From Prochlorococcus sp. AG-409-D14 (GTDB taxonomy: Bacteria; Cyanobacteriota; Cyanobacteriia; PCC-6307; Cyanobiaceae), in contig QCJR01000004.1 in NCBI GenBank assembly GCA_003215895.1, positions 9,456 to 73,455 on the forward strand: DNA of 64,000 bases. Reading direction: 5' to 3'. The position numbers and the translations under genes were made by a program. Of the stretch, positions 33,045-43,658 are shown piece by piece. The notes under the pieces were generated by a model, which did not search any database, was not told the origin of the DNA, and saw only the letters and a list, made by a program, of their open reading frames with translations. The first letter of the stretch is position 1; each line of letters opens with the position of its first letter.

Positions 33045-33401
33045 ATGCTTGTTGGAAAAGAACTCCTAGATAAAGCAAGATCTTTGAGCAACCGTCCAGA
33101 AGACGAAATAGCTAAAGGATGTGGTTACGTTGGACCAAGCGGGAGAGTTTTACGAAAAAGTTTTTACCGTGCTCTAGTTGAAGCTAAAGGTTATAAACTA
33201 CGCTCGAATGGTCCGGGAAGAGCAGGGAATAGATCTTCAAGAGGAAGGCAAGCGGAATTCAGGACTAAAGTTCATGGGAATGGAAATCTTCTTATCGGAC
33301 ATGCCTATACAAAAAAATTAGGTCTTGAACCTGGGCAAGAATTTCGTATTGATGTACGAAAAGAGTCTGGAGCGATAAGTCTGTTACCACTCAAGAAATA
33401 A
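33045..33401 (+). CDS. Cyanobacterial AbrB-like transcriptional regulator
   Basis: L.GKELL.K, AKGCGY, FY.AL.EAKG, V.GNGNLLIG.AYT..LGL.PG.EF. Confidence 0.88.
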   Translation: MLVGKELLDKARSLSNRPEDEIAKGCGYVGPSGRVLRKSFYRALVEAKGYKLRSNGPGRAGNRSSRGRQAEFRTKVHGNGNLLIGHAYTKKLGLEPGQEFRIDVRKESGAISLLPLKK

Positions 33402-33429
33402 TAATTCGCTCAAAACTCTTATAAATCTG

Positions 33430-34086
33430 CTAATTCCAACCTTGCTCGTTGAGCCACTTAGAGCTAATTACTGGGCTTTGTTTAAAAATAGGATCATTAT
33501 TATTTACTTTTAGAAGTTTTTCTGCGTACTTAGCCATCAAGTCGACTTCCAAATTAATTTTTTCTCCACTCGTCAAAAATTTCAGGCATGTATTTGACCA
33601 AGTGTGAGGTATTACGGCTACTGAAAACTCACAACCATCGAAATATGTCTCTGCAATAGTTAGACTTATTCCATTCAGGCTAATACTAGCTTTATCACAC
33701 ATATATCTTCGGAAATTCAAATCATCCCAAGATACTCTCAAATTCCAAGAATTTTTCAAGTTTTCTATTGAAACGACTTCACCCAACCCGTCTATGTGTC
33801 CACTAACAATATGTCCACCTAATCGATCAGAAAGACGTAATGCTGGCTCAAGATTTACATAACCATTTTTCTGAGCTTTTTCTGCAAGATTTGTTCTCTT
33901 AAGAGTCTCTTCACTTATATTTGCGGTAAAAGAATCATTCATTAATTCAGAAACTGTTAAACAAACCCCATCAACGGAAATACTATCCCCAAGTTTTAGA
34001 GGAGAAAAGGGCCTACATCCATCAACAACCACCCCAAAATTATTCTTCTTGATCGTGCCAATAGCCTGAATTAAACCAGTAAACAT
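33430..34086 (-). CDS. ribE: Riboflavin synthase (alpha chain)
   Basis: MFTGL N-terminus, GVCLTV, NLE.AL...DRLGGH.V.GH.D, NLEVD. Confidence 0.95.
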   Translation of the reverse strand: MFTGLIQAIGTIKKNNFGVVVDGCRPFSPLKLGDSISVDGVCLTVSELMNDSFTANISEETLKRTNLAEKAQKNGYVNLEPALRLSDRLGGHIVSGHIDGLGEVVSIENLKNSWNLRVSWDDLNFRRYMCDKASISLNGISLTIAETYFDGCEFSVAVIPHTWSNTCLKFLTSGEKINLEVDLMAKYAEKLLKVNNNDPIFKQSPVISSKWLNEQGWN

Positions 34087-34170
34087 TATTAGCCCTACAA
34101 CTTTTAGAATGTTAGTAATGGTATGAAGAAATGTCTTTGAAAAGTTTTTTGAATTTCAAATTTAATTTGG

Positions 34171-35172
34171 TTATGAATTATTCCAATGTAAAGCCAAGTC
34201 TTTTTTTCTTTCTAAACTCAGTCTTTGCAATGACCAACATTTATTCCAAACACTTTCTTCTGGAAGAAAGATAGATTGATAATTCTGTGGAACATTGATA
34301 TTTTTTCTCCTTATGTCTGATAAGTTTGTTGGTGGCAAAAAGCCTTTACTTATTACACGACTCAAATAATTCGCGCCCCATAACGAATCAAACCAATCAG
34401 TAGGGAAGTACTCTGGTGAAAGAGAAGGAGAAGCAAGCACTGTCCAATCCAGGGGGCTGCCCTCCTTGGGCAAAAGAACAGACAGACGAGGGTCTTTAAT
34501 AAGGCTATTAACACATCTAGATAAAGGTAAAACTGCGGCATTAGCTCTACCTGAAACAACCCAATTCAAAGCATTCCTATCATCAAATGACTTGGCTTGA
34601 CTCTTGATTCTTGAGAAATCATTTAATAAATCTATTTTTTCTGCTATTGAAATCAGAAGATAAGGACTATTAGGAAAAACAATTTGATTTGTAAGTGAGC
34701 TCGAAAAAATAACTTCCCAAGAATTCTTATTTTTCAGAGCCAGAGAATCTTCATTTCTAAAAAGTATTACCCAGGGACTGACAGCCAAAGGTAAAAGCTT
34801 TTTTTTATAATCTTCGCCTAACCCATTGACAAAAGAACTAGTCTGCTTACTGAAATTATTTCTAATATTGTCGGCTTTGATTTCTTGAAGTGAATTATTA
34901 GGCAAGTCAGAAATCCAACCATCATTTAAGACTATTAAATCTGTTTTTTGTCGGAGAGTAGAGCGATAGGGAAACTTTTTCAACTCGAAATCTTTTATAG
35001 GGAAAAATTCCCAACCTGTAGATAAACTATTAACAAATTCACTTGGGAAACTATTAGAAACTCCTCTTAAAGCTAATTTCTTTTGAGACGTTGAGCACCC
35101 AGATAAAAACAATAAAGAAGAAAGCAATCCATATTTGATAAACTCTCTTCTTCCAAACGTATGAGTATCCAT
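34171..35172 (-). CDS. Putative Tat-exported lipoprotein, ABC substrate-binding-like (PotD/SBP type II)
   Basis: GRREF Tat motif and LSGC lipobox after ATG 35172; P.EG...W motif typical of PotD-like SBPs. Confidence 0.6.
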   Translation of the reverse strand: MDTHTFGRREFIKYGLLSSLLFLSGCSTSQKKLALRGVSNSFPSEFVNSLSTGWEFFPIKDFELKKFPYRSTLRQKTDLIVLNDGWISDLPNNSLQEIKADNIRNNFSKQTSSFVNGLGEDYKKKLLPLAVSPWVILFRNEDSLALKNKNSWEVIFSSSLTNQIVFPNSPYLLISIAEKIDLLNDFSRIKSQAKSFDDRNALNWVVSGRANAAVLPLSRCVNSLIKDPRLSVLLPKEGSPLDWTVLASPSLSPEYFPTDWFDSLWGANYLSRVISKGFLPPTNLSDIRRKNINVPQNYQSIFLPEESVWNKCWSLQRLSLERKKDLALHWNNS

Positions 35173-35177
35173 ATTAT

Positions 35178-36374
35178 TTATATCCCTTGACAAGTTTTTT
35201 CATTATTTGATTTAAATAGATTACCAACTTCAATATCACATCTTTCAATCATTTCTTTCTGAGTCAATCCCTTAATTTGAGCGAGTAAAGATAATGCACC
35301 AGCCCCCACACCCTCCTTAACGTAACCAATCTCATAATCTCGAAGAACCTTTTGATTACTATCATTAAATCTATAACCACTAGCGAGGCCTATGATATTG
35401 ACGTTGAAATGATTAGCGACATGATTCATTAAATGAATAAAAGAATTTCTATTTTCCGCAGAAGAGAGTGACTCATCAACTAACCATGAGGTGGTGCCTA
35501 TTAAAATTTTACTAACAAATTCAGAGCGTGATTCAGGTTCAATTTCATTTAAAGCCAAAGACAATACTGCCAACATTTGACAACCTCCTCCTAATAAAAT
35601 TTCCTGACCAGATTCCCTGGCTCCCATTAAAAGACCAACTGCAATCGGCTGAAATGGATCGCCAACAGCAGCCATTATCTCAACAGAAGATGGGTTCTCC
35701 TTTAATTTCGCTGCCTTAAGTCCTTGTTTAACTAATTTTGTTTTTAATTCTAAGGGTGGATTTCTATGACTTCCACTTATAAGACCATTAACATTTATGC
35801 CTAAACCAGAGAGAACTGCAAAAGCTGTAGATGTACCTCCAGGAACACACTCCGTAATCAAAAGAGATTTTTCTAATTTCTTACCTATCTTAAAACCACC
35901 ATCTCGTAAAAGTTTAACTCTAGTACTTTCCATTGCATTCCCTGAACTCAAGCATCTAGCTGGACCTCTATCGGGTGACTCTAGAGAAACGTGAGTAAAG
36001 GGGGGCGTTTGAAGCAGTCCAGCAGAAATAATTGTTGGTTTAATTTTTAAGAACTTTGAGGCAACGTAACTGATCAAGGCGGGAGAGACACCAGCAGGCA
36101 AAGGAGGTAAAGGCCATCTTTTGGGAAGAGTAGGTCCTCTTAATAAAAGCTCAGCATCTGCAACTGCTGTGTATCGCCTTGAAACAGCAGTTGAGCCAGC
36201 TGCAGAAATCCCCTCAATCTCTGCAGTTTGAGATCCAGCAAGAATTAAAAAGAAAGCCGTATTCGAAATATTTCTTTGCCAACTTTGAATTCTTTCGTCA
36301 ACATTTTTCTCTTGGAGGCCTTCCCCAAAAGCTAATACTCCTGACGGCAACAAAATATAGTTATCTCCCATCAT
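35178..36374 (-). CDS. cobT: Nicotinate-nucleotide-dependent phosphoribosyltransferase CobT (cyanobacterial/archaeal type)
   Basis: GISAAG.T, DAE.L, GVSPA.IS, ECVPGGT.TA, GDP.Q, YE.GYVKEGVGAG. Confidence 0.88.
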   Translation of the reverse strand: MMGDNYILLPSGVLAFGEGLQEKNVDERIQSWQRNISNTAFFLILAGSQTAEIEGISAAGSTAVSRRYTAVADAELLLRGPTLPKRWPLPPLPAGVSPALISYVASKFLKIKPTIISAGLLQTPPFTHVSLESPDRGPARCLSSGNAMESTRVKLLRDGGFKIGKKLEKSLLITECVPGGTSTAFAVLSGLGINVNGLISGSHRNPPLELKTKLVKQGLKAAKLKENPSSVEIMAAVGDPFQPIAVGLLMGARESGQEILLGGGCQMLAVLSLALNEIEPESRSEFVSKILIGTTSWLVDESLSSAENRNSFIHLMNHVANHFNVNIIGLASGYRFNDSNQKVLRDYEIGYVKEGVGAGALSLLAQIKGLTQKEMIERCDIEVGNLFKSNNEKTCQGI

Positions 36375-36380
36375 TATTAA

Positions 36381-37067
36381 TCAATTAGACTCTAAAGAAA
36401 TTAAATTTTCTAGCAATGCAGGTGGTTCAGGTATTGATGATTTAAGCCTAGGGAAAATCCAGTAGGACAAAGCATGTAAGCAAAGAACATAAACGATTTC
36501 TTGGGTTATTATTAGACATAATGCAGCTATTTGAACTTGTCTCATATCCGGAGTAAAAGAAAGATTAAAGATATCTATTCCTTTTTCAAGCAATCCTGCT
36601 CCAGCACGAGTAAGAATAACCCACAAATTCTCACCAACTAACACAGATAACGCTAAGACCCTAACTAGAAAACCCATAGTTCCAATTAAAACTCCAACAC
36701 TCCAACTTAACCACCAATTCCATCCCTTTTGCCAACTATATCCCAACCATAAGGAAAGTAATCCATACGGGAAAAGCACTAAAGGTCCTCTGAGTGGACC
36801 CATCAAAGCAGTTAATAAGATTACACATATTGTCACTCCTTCAATACCTGTTTTAACACCTCTCCGGATTTGAAGAAGAGCTAATGGCAATGGTAAAGCA
36901 AGACGAAAAATTGCTCCACCAATAGGCAAATAATAAAGAGCCATCCAAATTAAAGCTGTTGCAGCAGCAAGATAAGAGGACTCAACGATTTTCAAAGCTT
37001 GTCTCCTGCTAAGAGGAGCTTTGTAAAGAGATCGACTTTTAAAAAAGTCTTTGTTATCGAATGTCAA
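36381..37067 (-). CDS. DUF2232-family membrane protein
   Basis: VES.YLAA..AL.W...YYLP, PLPLAL...R.G, LMGP.R, C-terminal P.PP; multi-TM. Confidence 0.75.
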   Translation of the reverse strand: MTFDNKDFFKSRSLYKAPLSRRQALKIVESSYLAAATALIWMALYYLPIGGAIFRLALPLPLALLQIRRGVKTGIEGVTICVILLTALMGPLRGPLVLFPYGLLSLWLGYSWQKGWNWWLSWSVGVLIGTMGFLVRVLALSVLVGENLWVILTRAGAGLLEKGIDIFNLSFTPDMRQVQIAALCLIITQEIVYVLCLHALSYWIFPRLKSSIPEPPALLENLISLESN

Positions 37068-37072
37068 AATTT

Positions 37073-37552
37073 TTATCTCTTCAAAGATGTATCCTTTGAC
37101 AAATTCTCCTCTTCAAAACGTTCAATCTTTTCTACCTCAAACTGAACACCTGCTTTTCTAAGAGCCTCTGTAACAGTCTCAGCTGGTGCAGAAGGATTTG
37201 CACCTGATAATCTTAAAATAATTCTGTATGGCTGTGGATTAAAAATTATTTTCTTTATTGATTTGTTTGATTTTTCACTAAGTCTATCTTTATTAGTTAT
37301 CAAATTTTCTTTAACAATATTATTTTTATTTTCTTTCTTATTATCTTTTATTCTTGATTTGATTTTTGTTTGTTCATTGCGTTTTTGTGGCTTATCATTA
37401 GTTTTTTCTGAAATATTTGGGTTCTCAGTAAGATCAAAACTATTTTCCAACTTTTCACCAATTAGAGTATTTGAGCATGATTGAAGTGGAAAAAGGGTAA
37501 CTATTAGAAATGATCTAATAAATATTTTCTCAAAAATTCTTGAAATATTCAA
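37073..37552 (-). CDS. Hypothetical lipoprotein
   Basis: LQSC lipobox; low-complexity linker; conserved-looking C-terminus PYRI.LRL..A.PSAPAE.VT.ALR.AG..FEVE.IER. Confidence 0.65.
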   Translation of the reverse strand: MNISRIFEKIFIRSFLIVTLFPLQSCSNTLIGEKLENSFDLTENPNISEKTNDKPQKRNEQTKIKSRIKDNKKENKNNIVKENLITNKDRLSEKSNKSIKKIIFNPQPYRIILRLSGANPSAPAETVTEALRKAGVQFEVEKIERFEEENLSKDTSLKR

Positions 37553-37556
37553 AATT

Positions 37557-40463
37557 TTATTTTGTTTTTAGTATCCTTACTTTACTTGCTCTTAGACGTC
37601 CTGTTTTAGTTGTAGCAGGAGCTTTTCGAGCACTACTTTTTTCGGATGCAGATAAACCCAAATCTTTCTTAGTTGACTTTGTTTTCTTTTTTGCAGTACT
37701 TTTTTTCCTAGATGTTGTCTTTTTACTTGTTTTTTTAGCTTCTAACAACTCAATAGCCTCATCAATAGAGATATCTTCAGCACTTTTGCCCTCTGGTAGA
37801 GAAGCATTGACTTTACCCTGTTTGACGTATAAACCATAAGGGCCATTAAATAATTGGATAGTTTCTTTTTCACCTTCTGGAATACCAAGTTCCTTCAAAG
37901 CGGTTCTCCCTCCTCTACCTCGTTTAGGGATAGATAAAAGCTCAAGGGCCCTATCTAGGGTTACTTGAAGGACATCATCCTCACCCTTAATTGAACGATA
38001 ATCTTTTTCACCATCAGTTTTACTCCAAACTACATAAGGACCAAATCTACCTAAACTAGATTGAACTCTCCCTCCCTCTGGATGCTCCCCAAGCTGTCGT
38101 GGTAATTGAATCAAGCCAAGGGCCTCTTCAAAAGTCAAATTCTCTGGTTTTAAATTCTTTGGCAATGAAGTCCTTTTAGGATTTGGAGCTTTTTTTAATG
38201 ATTTGTCATCTAGATATTCAAGTGCTTTTTCAACATCAATATCTTCCTCTTTTGTACTCTCTGGTAACAAAACCTGAACCTTTGATGAATCCTGTTTCAA
38301 ATAAAGTCCATATTGACTACTTTTGAACAAGCGAAGGTTCCCAAGCTTCTTTTTGCCTTTGGGAATACCAAGGTCTTTCAATTCAACCACTAAGCCTCGT
38401 TGAACGAAGTGACCATATCTACCATTCAATAGATATAAATTCTGTCCAGTATCCGGATCAATTCCAAGTGATTCAGGCCCCTCAGCTTTTTGTTTTAAGA
38501 TCATCTCGGCTATATCCTCATCTAAATCCGCGGGAGTTATTTCCTGTGGCAGAGTAGCTGTTATTGGCTTACCATTTTCACCAAGTTGCTTTGATTCTAA
38601 ATATGTTCCAAATTTGCCTAACCTAACAAGAGACGAAAGTCCCTCCAATGAAATTGCTCGGAACTCCCCTCCATCTATATCTCCTTCTCTTTGTTGAACT
38701 TGATTCTCTAGACCAGTATCACCTTTATAAAAACCTTTGAGATATGGAAGCCAACTCACTTTGCCTGTTGAAATCTCATCCAGTGTAGATTCCATTCGGG
38801 CAGTAAAGCTAGTATCTACAAGATCAGGGAAATGTTCTTCAAGAAGTGCTGTAACAGCAAATGCAGTAAAGCTTGGAGTCAAAGAATTATTGTTGAGAAC
38901 TGAATACCCTCTGTCTACGATTGTTCCAATAATGCTTGCATATGTTGAAGGACGGCCAATACCTTCTTTCTCAAGTGTTTTAACTAGTGAGGCTTCGCTG
39001 TATCTAGCAGGAGGCTGAGTTTGATGCCCCAACGCCTCTACATTCTTAGCTATTGGAGAATCTCCCACAACTAATTTAGGCAAAAGCACCTCTTGACCTT
39101 CAAGAGCACTATCTGGATCATCAGAGCCTTCAACATAAGCTCTAAAGAAGCCAGGGAAATCTATACGTTTACCGCTTGCCCGAAAAGATACGTCAGATGC
39201 TGTTAATTCCACGCCAAGCATTGTCAATTTTGCATCAGCCATTTGACTGGCAACTGTTCGTTTCCAAATAAGTTCATACAAAGAGAGGTCCCTCCCTTGC
39301 AAGTTAGAGTCTTTGGGTGTTTTGAAGTTCTCTCCAGAGGGACGAATCGCTTCATGCGCTTCTTGAGCATTTCTCGTTTTATTAGAGAATTGGCGGGGCT
39401 TTTCACTTAAATATTCAACCCCATATTTTGATTCAACACAATTTCGTGAAGCATTAATTGCCTGTTCGGACAGATGAACAGAATCTGTTCTCATGTATGT
39501 AATAAAACCTCTTTCATACAAGCCTTGGGCACATCGCATGGTCTCCCTAGCTGATAATCGAAGTTTCCTGTTGGCTTCTTGTTGTAATGTGCTTGTGGTA
39601 AAGGGAGGAACTGGCTTACGGGTTGACGGTTTTTCCTCGACATTAATAACTTTCCATGTATCAGTAGCTAATTTTTTAGCAAGTTTCTTAGATTCTTCTT
39701 CACTTAGTAATTTGACATCTCGGCCAGATTTCAATAATCCAGTTGACTCATCAAAATCACTACCACTAGCAATTCTTTGCCCCCCAATTGAGGTCATTTT
39801 CACTTCAAATTCACTACCTTCTTTTTCTAATTTTGCTTTTAAGTCCCAATAACTTCCACTTTTGAAAGATCTCCTTGCTCTCTCTCTGAGAACAAGCAAT
39901 CTTACTGCAACTGATTGGACTCTTCCAGCAGATAACCCCCAAGAAACTTTCTTCCATAGAAGAGGGGATAACGTATACCCAACTAATCTATCTAATATTC
40001 TCCTTGTTTCTTGGGCATGAACTAATTCCATATCAATTTCTCGTGTTTTCGATAGTGCCTTAGAAATAGCTTCTTTTGTTATCTCATGAAAAACCATTCT
40101 CTTCACAGGAATTTTAGGGTCAAGCACATTCATTAAATGCCAACTAATACTTTCCCCTTCTCTATCTTCATCAGTCGCAAGCAACAATTCGCTAGCACCC
40201 TTCATAGATTGTTTTAATTCCTTGACAATTTTTTTCTTATCTTTGGGTACCACGTACAAAGGATCAAAATCAGCAGTTGTATTAACTCCAATAGTTGCCC
40301 ACTTTTCTCCTTTGTGCTTTGCAGGGATCTCAGAGGCATTATTAGGCAAGTCTCGTACATGCCCCATTGAGGCAAGAACTTGAAAATCCTTAGGCAAAAA
40401 CCCTTTAATAGTCTTTGCCTTTGTGGGACTTTCAACAATTACCAGAGTATGGTCAGTTGGCAT
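37557..40463 (-). CDS. topA: DNA topoisomerase I with C-terminal Topo_C repeats and basic tail
   Basis: LVIVESP.KAKTI, ATDEDREGE, SAGRVQS, ITYMRTDS (catalytic Tyr), AHEAIRP, GIGRPSTYA. Confidence 0.97.
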   Translation of the reverse strand: MPTDHTLVIVESPTKAKTIKGFLPKDFQVLASMGHVRDLPNNASEIPAKHKGEKWATIGVNTTADFDPLYVVPKDKKKIVKELKQSMKGASELLLATDEDREGESISWHLMNVLDPKIPVKRMVFHEITKEAISKALSKTREIDMELVHAQETRRILDRLVGYTLSPLLWKKVSWGLSAGRVQSVAVRLLVLRERARRSFKSGSYWDLKAKLEKEGSEFEVKMTSIGGQRIASGSDFDESTGLLKSGRDVKLLSEEESKKLAKKLATDTWKVINVEEKPSTRKPVPPFTTSTLQQEANRKLRLSARETMRCAQGLYERGFITYMRTDSVHLSEQAINASRNCVESKYGVEYLSEKPRQFSNKTRNAQEAHEAIRPSGENFKTPKDSNLQGRDLSLYELIWKRTVASQMADAKLTMLGVELTASDVSFRASGKRIDFPGFFRAYVEGSDDPDSALEGQEVLLPKLVVGDSPIAKNVEALGHQTQPPARYSEASLVKTLEKEGIGRPSTYASIIGTIVDRGYSVLNNNSLTPSFTAFAVTALLEEHFPDLVDTSFTARMESTLDEISTGKVSWLPYLKGFYKGDTGLENQVQQREGDIDGGEFRAISLEGLSSLVRLGKFGTYLESKQLGENGKPITATLPQEITPADLDEDIAEMILKQKAEGPESLGIDPDTGQNLYLLNGRYGHFVQRGLVVELKDLGIPKGKKKLGNLRLFKSSQYGLYLKQDSSKVQVLLPESTKEEDIDVEKALEYLDDKSLKKAPNPKRTSLPKNLKPENLTFEEALGLIQLPRQLGEHPEGGRVQSSLGRFGPYVVWSKTDGEKDYRSIKGEDDVLQVTLDRALELLSIPKRGRGGRTALKELGIPEGEKETIQLFNGPYGLYVKQGKVNASLPEGKSAEDISIDEAIELLEAKKTSKKTTSRKKSTAKKKTKSTKKDLGLSASEKSSARKAPATTKTGRLRASKVRILKTK

Positions 40464-40593
40464 TAGCTCAATTTTCCTCCTTCTTATCTAACGTACTGAA
40501 TAGTAAAATGCATAGCCCAAAATGATAAAAAAGGCATATTTCATAACTTCGCTAGAGTTATAAAATCAGACACAGCTTAAAAACAATACATAA

Positions 40594-42156
40594 ATGGGAG
40601 AACTTTTGTCTTTTCAAATATTCATAAACGAGCCTGTAGAGCTTTTAAATCTCTCTTTAAATGCCAAAGCCGTGCTTCCAGAGTCTGCTGTTCTCATAGC
40701 AATGCTTGGAACGCTATTGGTTGATTTGGCTGGTGAAAAGATTTCAGCCCGCTGGTCCCCTCCAATTTGTTATGCAGGTCTTGGCTCTGCTTTGATTTTG
40801 CTAATCATGCAATGGAATGGAGAAATTCAAGAATCTTTCCTCGGTGCATTTATTGCAGACAATCTTGCTATTGCTTTTAGAGGGGTTATTGCTCTATCAA
40901 CACTTATTTCTCTTCTCATCAGTTGGAGATATGCGGAAAAGAATGGAAGTCCTATTGGTGAATTTGCAGCAATATTATTAGCGGCAACTCTTGGAGCAAT
41001 GCTTCTTTGTGGTTCGACTGATCTCGTCAGTGTTTTTGTTTCACTCGAAACACTTTCCGTGGCTAGCTACCTACTTTCTGGATATCTCAAAAGAGACTCA
41101 AGAAGTTCAGAAGCAGCTTTGAAATATTTGTTAGTTGGTTCTGCTGCAGCTGCTGTATTCCTTTATGGAGCATCCCTACTTTATGGAATAAGCGGATCTA
41201 CGAATTTAAAAGAAATAGGAATAACCCTATTAAACTCTCCCACACCTTTATCTGCACTAGCGCTTGTTTTTGTATTATCTACAGTTGCTTTCAAAATTGC
41301 AGCAGTTCCATTTCATCAATGGACCCCAGATGTTTACGAAGGTTCTCCTACACCAGTAGTTGCCTTTTTATCAGTTGGATCAAAAGCAGCTGGCTTTGCT
41401 CTCGCAATAAGGATACTTGTCGGATGCTTTAGCGCTTTTGACACACAATGGAAATTGCTATTTACTGTTTTAGCTGTCCTAAGTATGTCTCTGGGAAATG
41501 TTGTAGCACTAGCTCAAAAATCAATGAAAAGGATGTTGGCTTATAGCTCAATTGGACAAGCTGGATTTGTAATGATTGGCTTGGTTTGCGGAACAGAAGA
41601 TGGGTTCGCCGCGATGGTTCTATATATGGCAGCTTATTTATTTATGAATCTTGGTGCTTTTGCATGCATAATTCTTTTCTCAATCAGAACTGGAAGTGAT
41701 CAAATCTCTGATTATGCAGGACTATACCAAAAAGATCCACTAATCACCTTGGGATTAAGTTTATGCCTTCTTTCTTTAGGAGGCATTCCACCAATGTTGG
41801 GATTTTTCGGGAAGATTTATTTATTTTTTGCTGGATGGGCAGATGGGCAATACTTATTAGTAAGTGTTGGTCTTGTTACCTCTGTAATCTCAATTTACTA
41901 TTACATATCAGTTATAAAAATGATGGTCGTAACGGAACCAAAAGAAGCATCAGATGTTGTAAAAGCATATCCATCAATAGAATGGTCAATACCAGGGATG
42001 TCATCTCTCAAAGTGGCTTTGATTTTTTGTGTTCTCGTAACGGCTATTGGTGGAATCGTTTCAAACCCTCTCTTTGACTTTGCTGATAGTGCGGTAAACG
42101 GAACTCCATTACTTCGTGAAGCTATTACTCTTGCGAGTAAAAGTTCAATTGGCTAA
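40594..42156 (+). CDS. ndhB: NAD(P)H-quinone oxidoreductase subunit 2 (NdhB/NuoN)
   Basis: [44 protein letters not shown]. Confidence 0.96.
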   Translation: MGELLSFQIFINEPVELLNLSLNAKAVLPESAVLIAMLGTLLVDLAGEKISARWSPPICYAGLGSALILLIMQWNGEIQESFLGAFIADNLAIAFRGVIALSTLISLLISWRYAEKNGSPIGEFAAILLAATLGAMLLCGSTDLVSVFVSLETLSVASYLLSGYLKRDSRSSEAALKYLLVGSAAAAVFLYGASLLYGISGSTNLKEIGITLLNSPTPLSALALVFVLSTVAFKIAAVPFHQWTPDVYEGSPTPVVAFLSVGSKAAGFALAIRILVGCFSAFDTQWKLLFTVLAVLSMSLGNVVALAQKSMKRMLAYSSIGQAGFVMIGLVCGTEDGFAAMVLYMAAYLFMNLGAFACIILFSIRTGSDQISDYAGLYQKDPLITLGLSLCLLSLGGIPPMLGFFGKIYLFFAGWADGQYLLVSVGLVTSVISIYYYISVIKMMVVTEPKEASDVVKAYPSIEWSIPGMSSLKVALIFCVLVTAIGGIVSNPLFDFADSAVNGTPLLREAITLASKSSIG

Positions 42157-42856
42157 CCATTTAAAATCATTGAAAAGATCTGTAGCACGTCTAACAAATG
42201 TGAACAAATTTTATGGGGAAGGCTCAGTCAAAGTGAAAGCTCTTGACGAACTAAACCTTGAGGTTTTTCAGGGCGATTACCTTGCAGTGATGGGTGCAAG
42301 TGGATCAGGTAAAAGTACTGCAATGAATATACTTGGATGCCTTGATCGCCCTACCAGTGGGACTTACGAATTAAATGGAACTGCAGTAGAAAAGCTTGAT
42401 GATGACTTGTTAGCAGATATTAGAAACAAAGAACTTGGTTTTGTTTTTCAGCAATTTCATCTACTTCAAGAAGTTTCTGCACTAGAGAATGTAATGCTTC
42501 CAATGATTTATGCATGCGTACCCTCTTCAGAAAGGAAGAAGCGTGCTGAAAAAGCTCTTAATCGAGTTGGTCTCGGGAACAGAATGACGAATCTGCCTAA
42601 TCAATTATCTGGAGGACAACAACAAAGAGTTGCTATAGCAAGAGCAATAATCAATCAACCATCTCTTTTATTAGCTGACGAACCAACTGGTGCGCTTGAT
42701 TCAAAAACCACTGAAGATGTTTTAAATCTTTTTGATCAACTTCATAGTCAAGGAATAACAATTGTCTTAGTTACTCATGAAGACAATGTTGCTCAAAGAG
42801 CAAAGAAAATAGCAAGGTTCAGAGATGGCAAGGTAACAGAGATTACTCATAATTAA
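42149..42856 (+). CDS. ABC transporter ATP-binding protein (LolD/MacB-like, stand-alone)
   Basis: [33 protein letters not shown]; likely start TTG 42149 (track start 42116). Confidence 0.9.
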   Translation: MANHLKSLKRSVARLTNVNKFYGEGSVKVKALDELNLEVFQGDYLAVMGASGSGKSTAMNILGCLDRPTSGTYELNGTAVEKLDDDLLADIRNKELGFVFQQFHLLQEVSALENVMLPMIYACVPSSERKKRAEKALNRVGLGNRMTNLPNQLSGGQQQRVAIARAIINQPSLLLADEPTGALDSKTTEDVLNLFDQLHSQGITIVLVTHEDNVAQRAKKIARFRDGKVTEITHN

Positions 42857-42865
42857 TTTAAGCAA

Positions 42866-43630
42866 TCATATCGAACAAGATAAGAACTTCTCTTTACCAT
42901 CTTTCAAAAGAATCAATCTACCGCTTGAGTCAATACCTTTGATATACCATTGGGATCCAGTCTCTTTATCGATATAATTTCTTGACCACAATCTTTGCTC
43001 AACCTGACTGCAGAGAGAATTTTTATTCTCTAAAAAATCTAGAGATCTTTCTATGGCATATAAAACTTCTGATGACCAAAAATTTATATTCAGCTTTTTA
43101 TCTCCAGTAATTTGTTTTAGTGAAATCGCCTCTTTGGGAGTATTATTGAAAACGTTTAAACCTACTCCAACTCTTAACAATCTAAGTTCTCCTCCTCTAA
43201 AAGATAACCTAGGTAAAATTCCAGCTAATTTTTGACCATTAACCAGAAGATCATTTGGCCATTTTATATTGACATTTACTCCTATCCTTTCAATTCTTTC
43301 AACCAAAGCTAATGCCACAGCTAACCCGTAAAGTTGAGAATTATTTTCATACGGGCCTTCTCTCTTGATTGCTGCACTAACCCAAATTCCTCCTTTTGGA
43401 GCATGCCAAATTCGACCAGCTTGACCTTGGCCAAATCTTTGGCAAGAAGAAAATATAGCAACTGGCTGATTTTTTTTAACTGGCTTTTCTGCAGTCCAAT
43501 TAGATAACTCTTTTTCTGTACTAGCACAAATGGGTTTAAGAATTAATCTCCAAGACCTGTTAGAAGGATGATTTAATTTGTGAAATCTATAGATCAGGCC
43601 AACCCCTCTAACAGGTTTTTTATTATTCAT
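42866..43630 (-). CDS. birA: Biotin--acetyl-CoA-carboxylase ligase
   Basis: Q..GQGQ.GR.W, IKWPND, KLAGIL, GVGLN. Confidence 0.9.
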   Translation of the reverse strand: MNNKKPVRGVGLIYRFHKLNHPSNRSWRLILKPICASTEKELSNWTAEKPVKKNQPVAIFSSCQRFGQGQAGRIWHAPKGGIWVSAAIKREGPYENNSQLYGLAVALALVERIERIGVNVNIKWPNDLLVNGQKLAGILPRLSFRGGELRLLRVGVGLNVFNNTPKEAISLKQITGDKKLNINFWSSEVLYAIERSLDFLENKNSLCSQVEQRLWSRNYIDKETGSQWYIKGIDSSGRLILLKDGKEKFLSCSI

Positions 43631-43658
43631 ATTTCAAAAGTAATGTGTTCTTAAAAAA

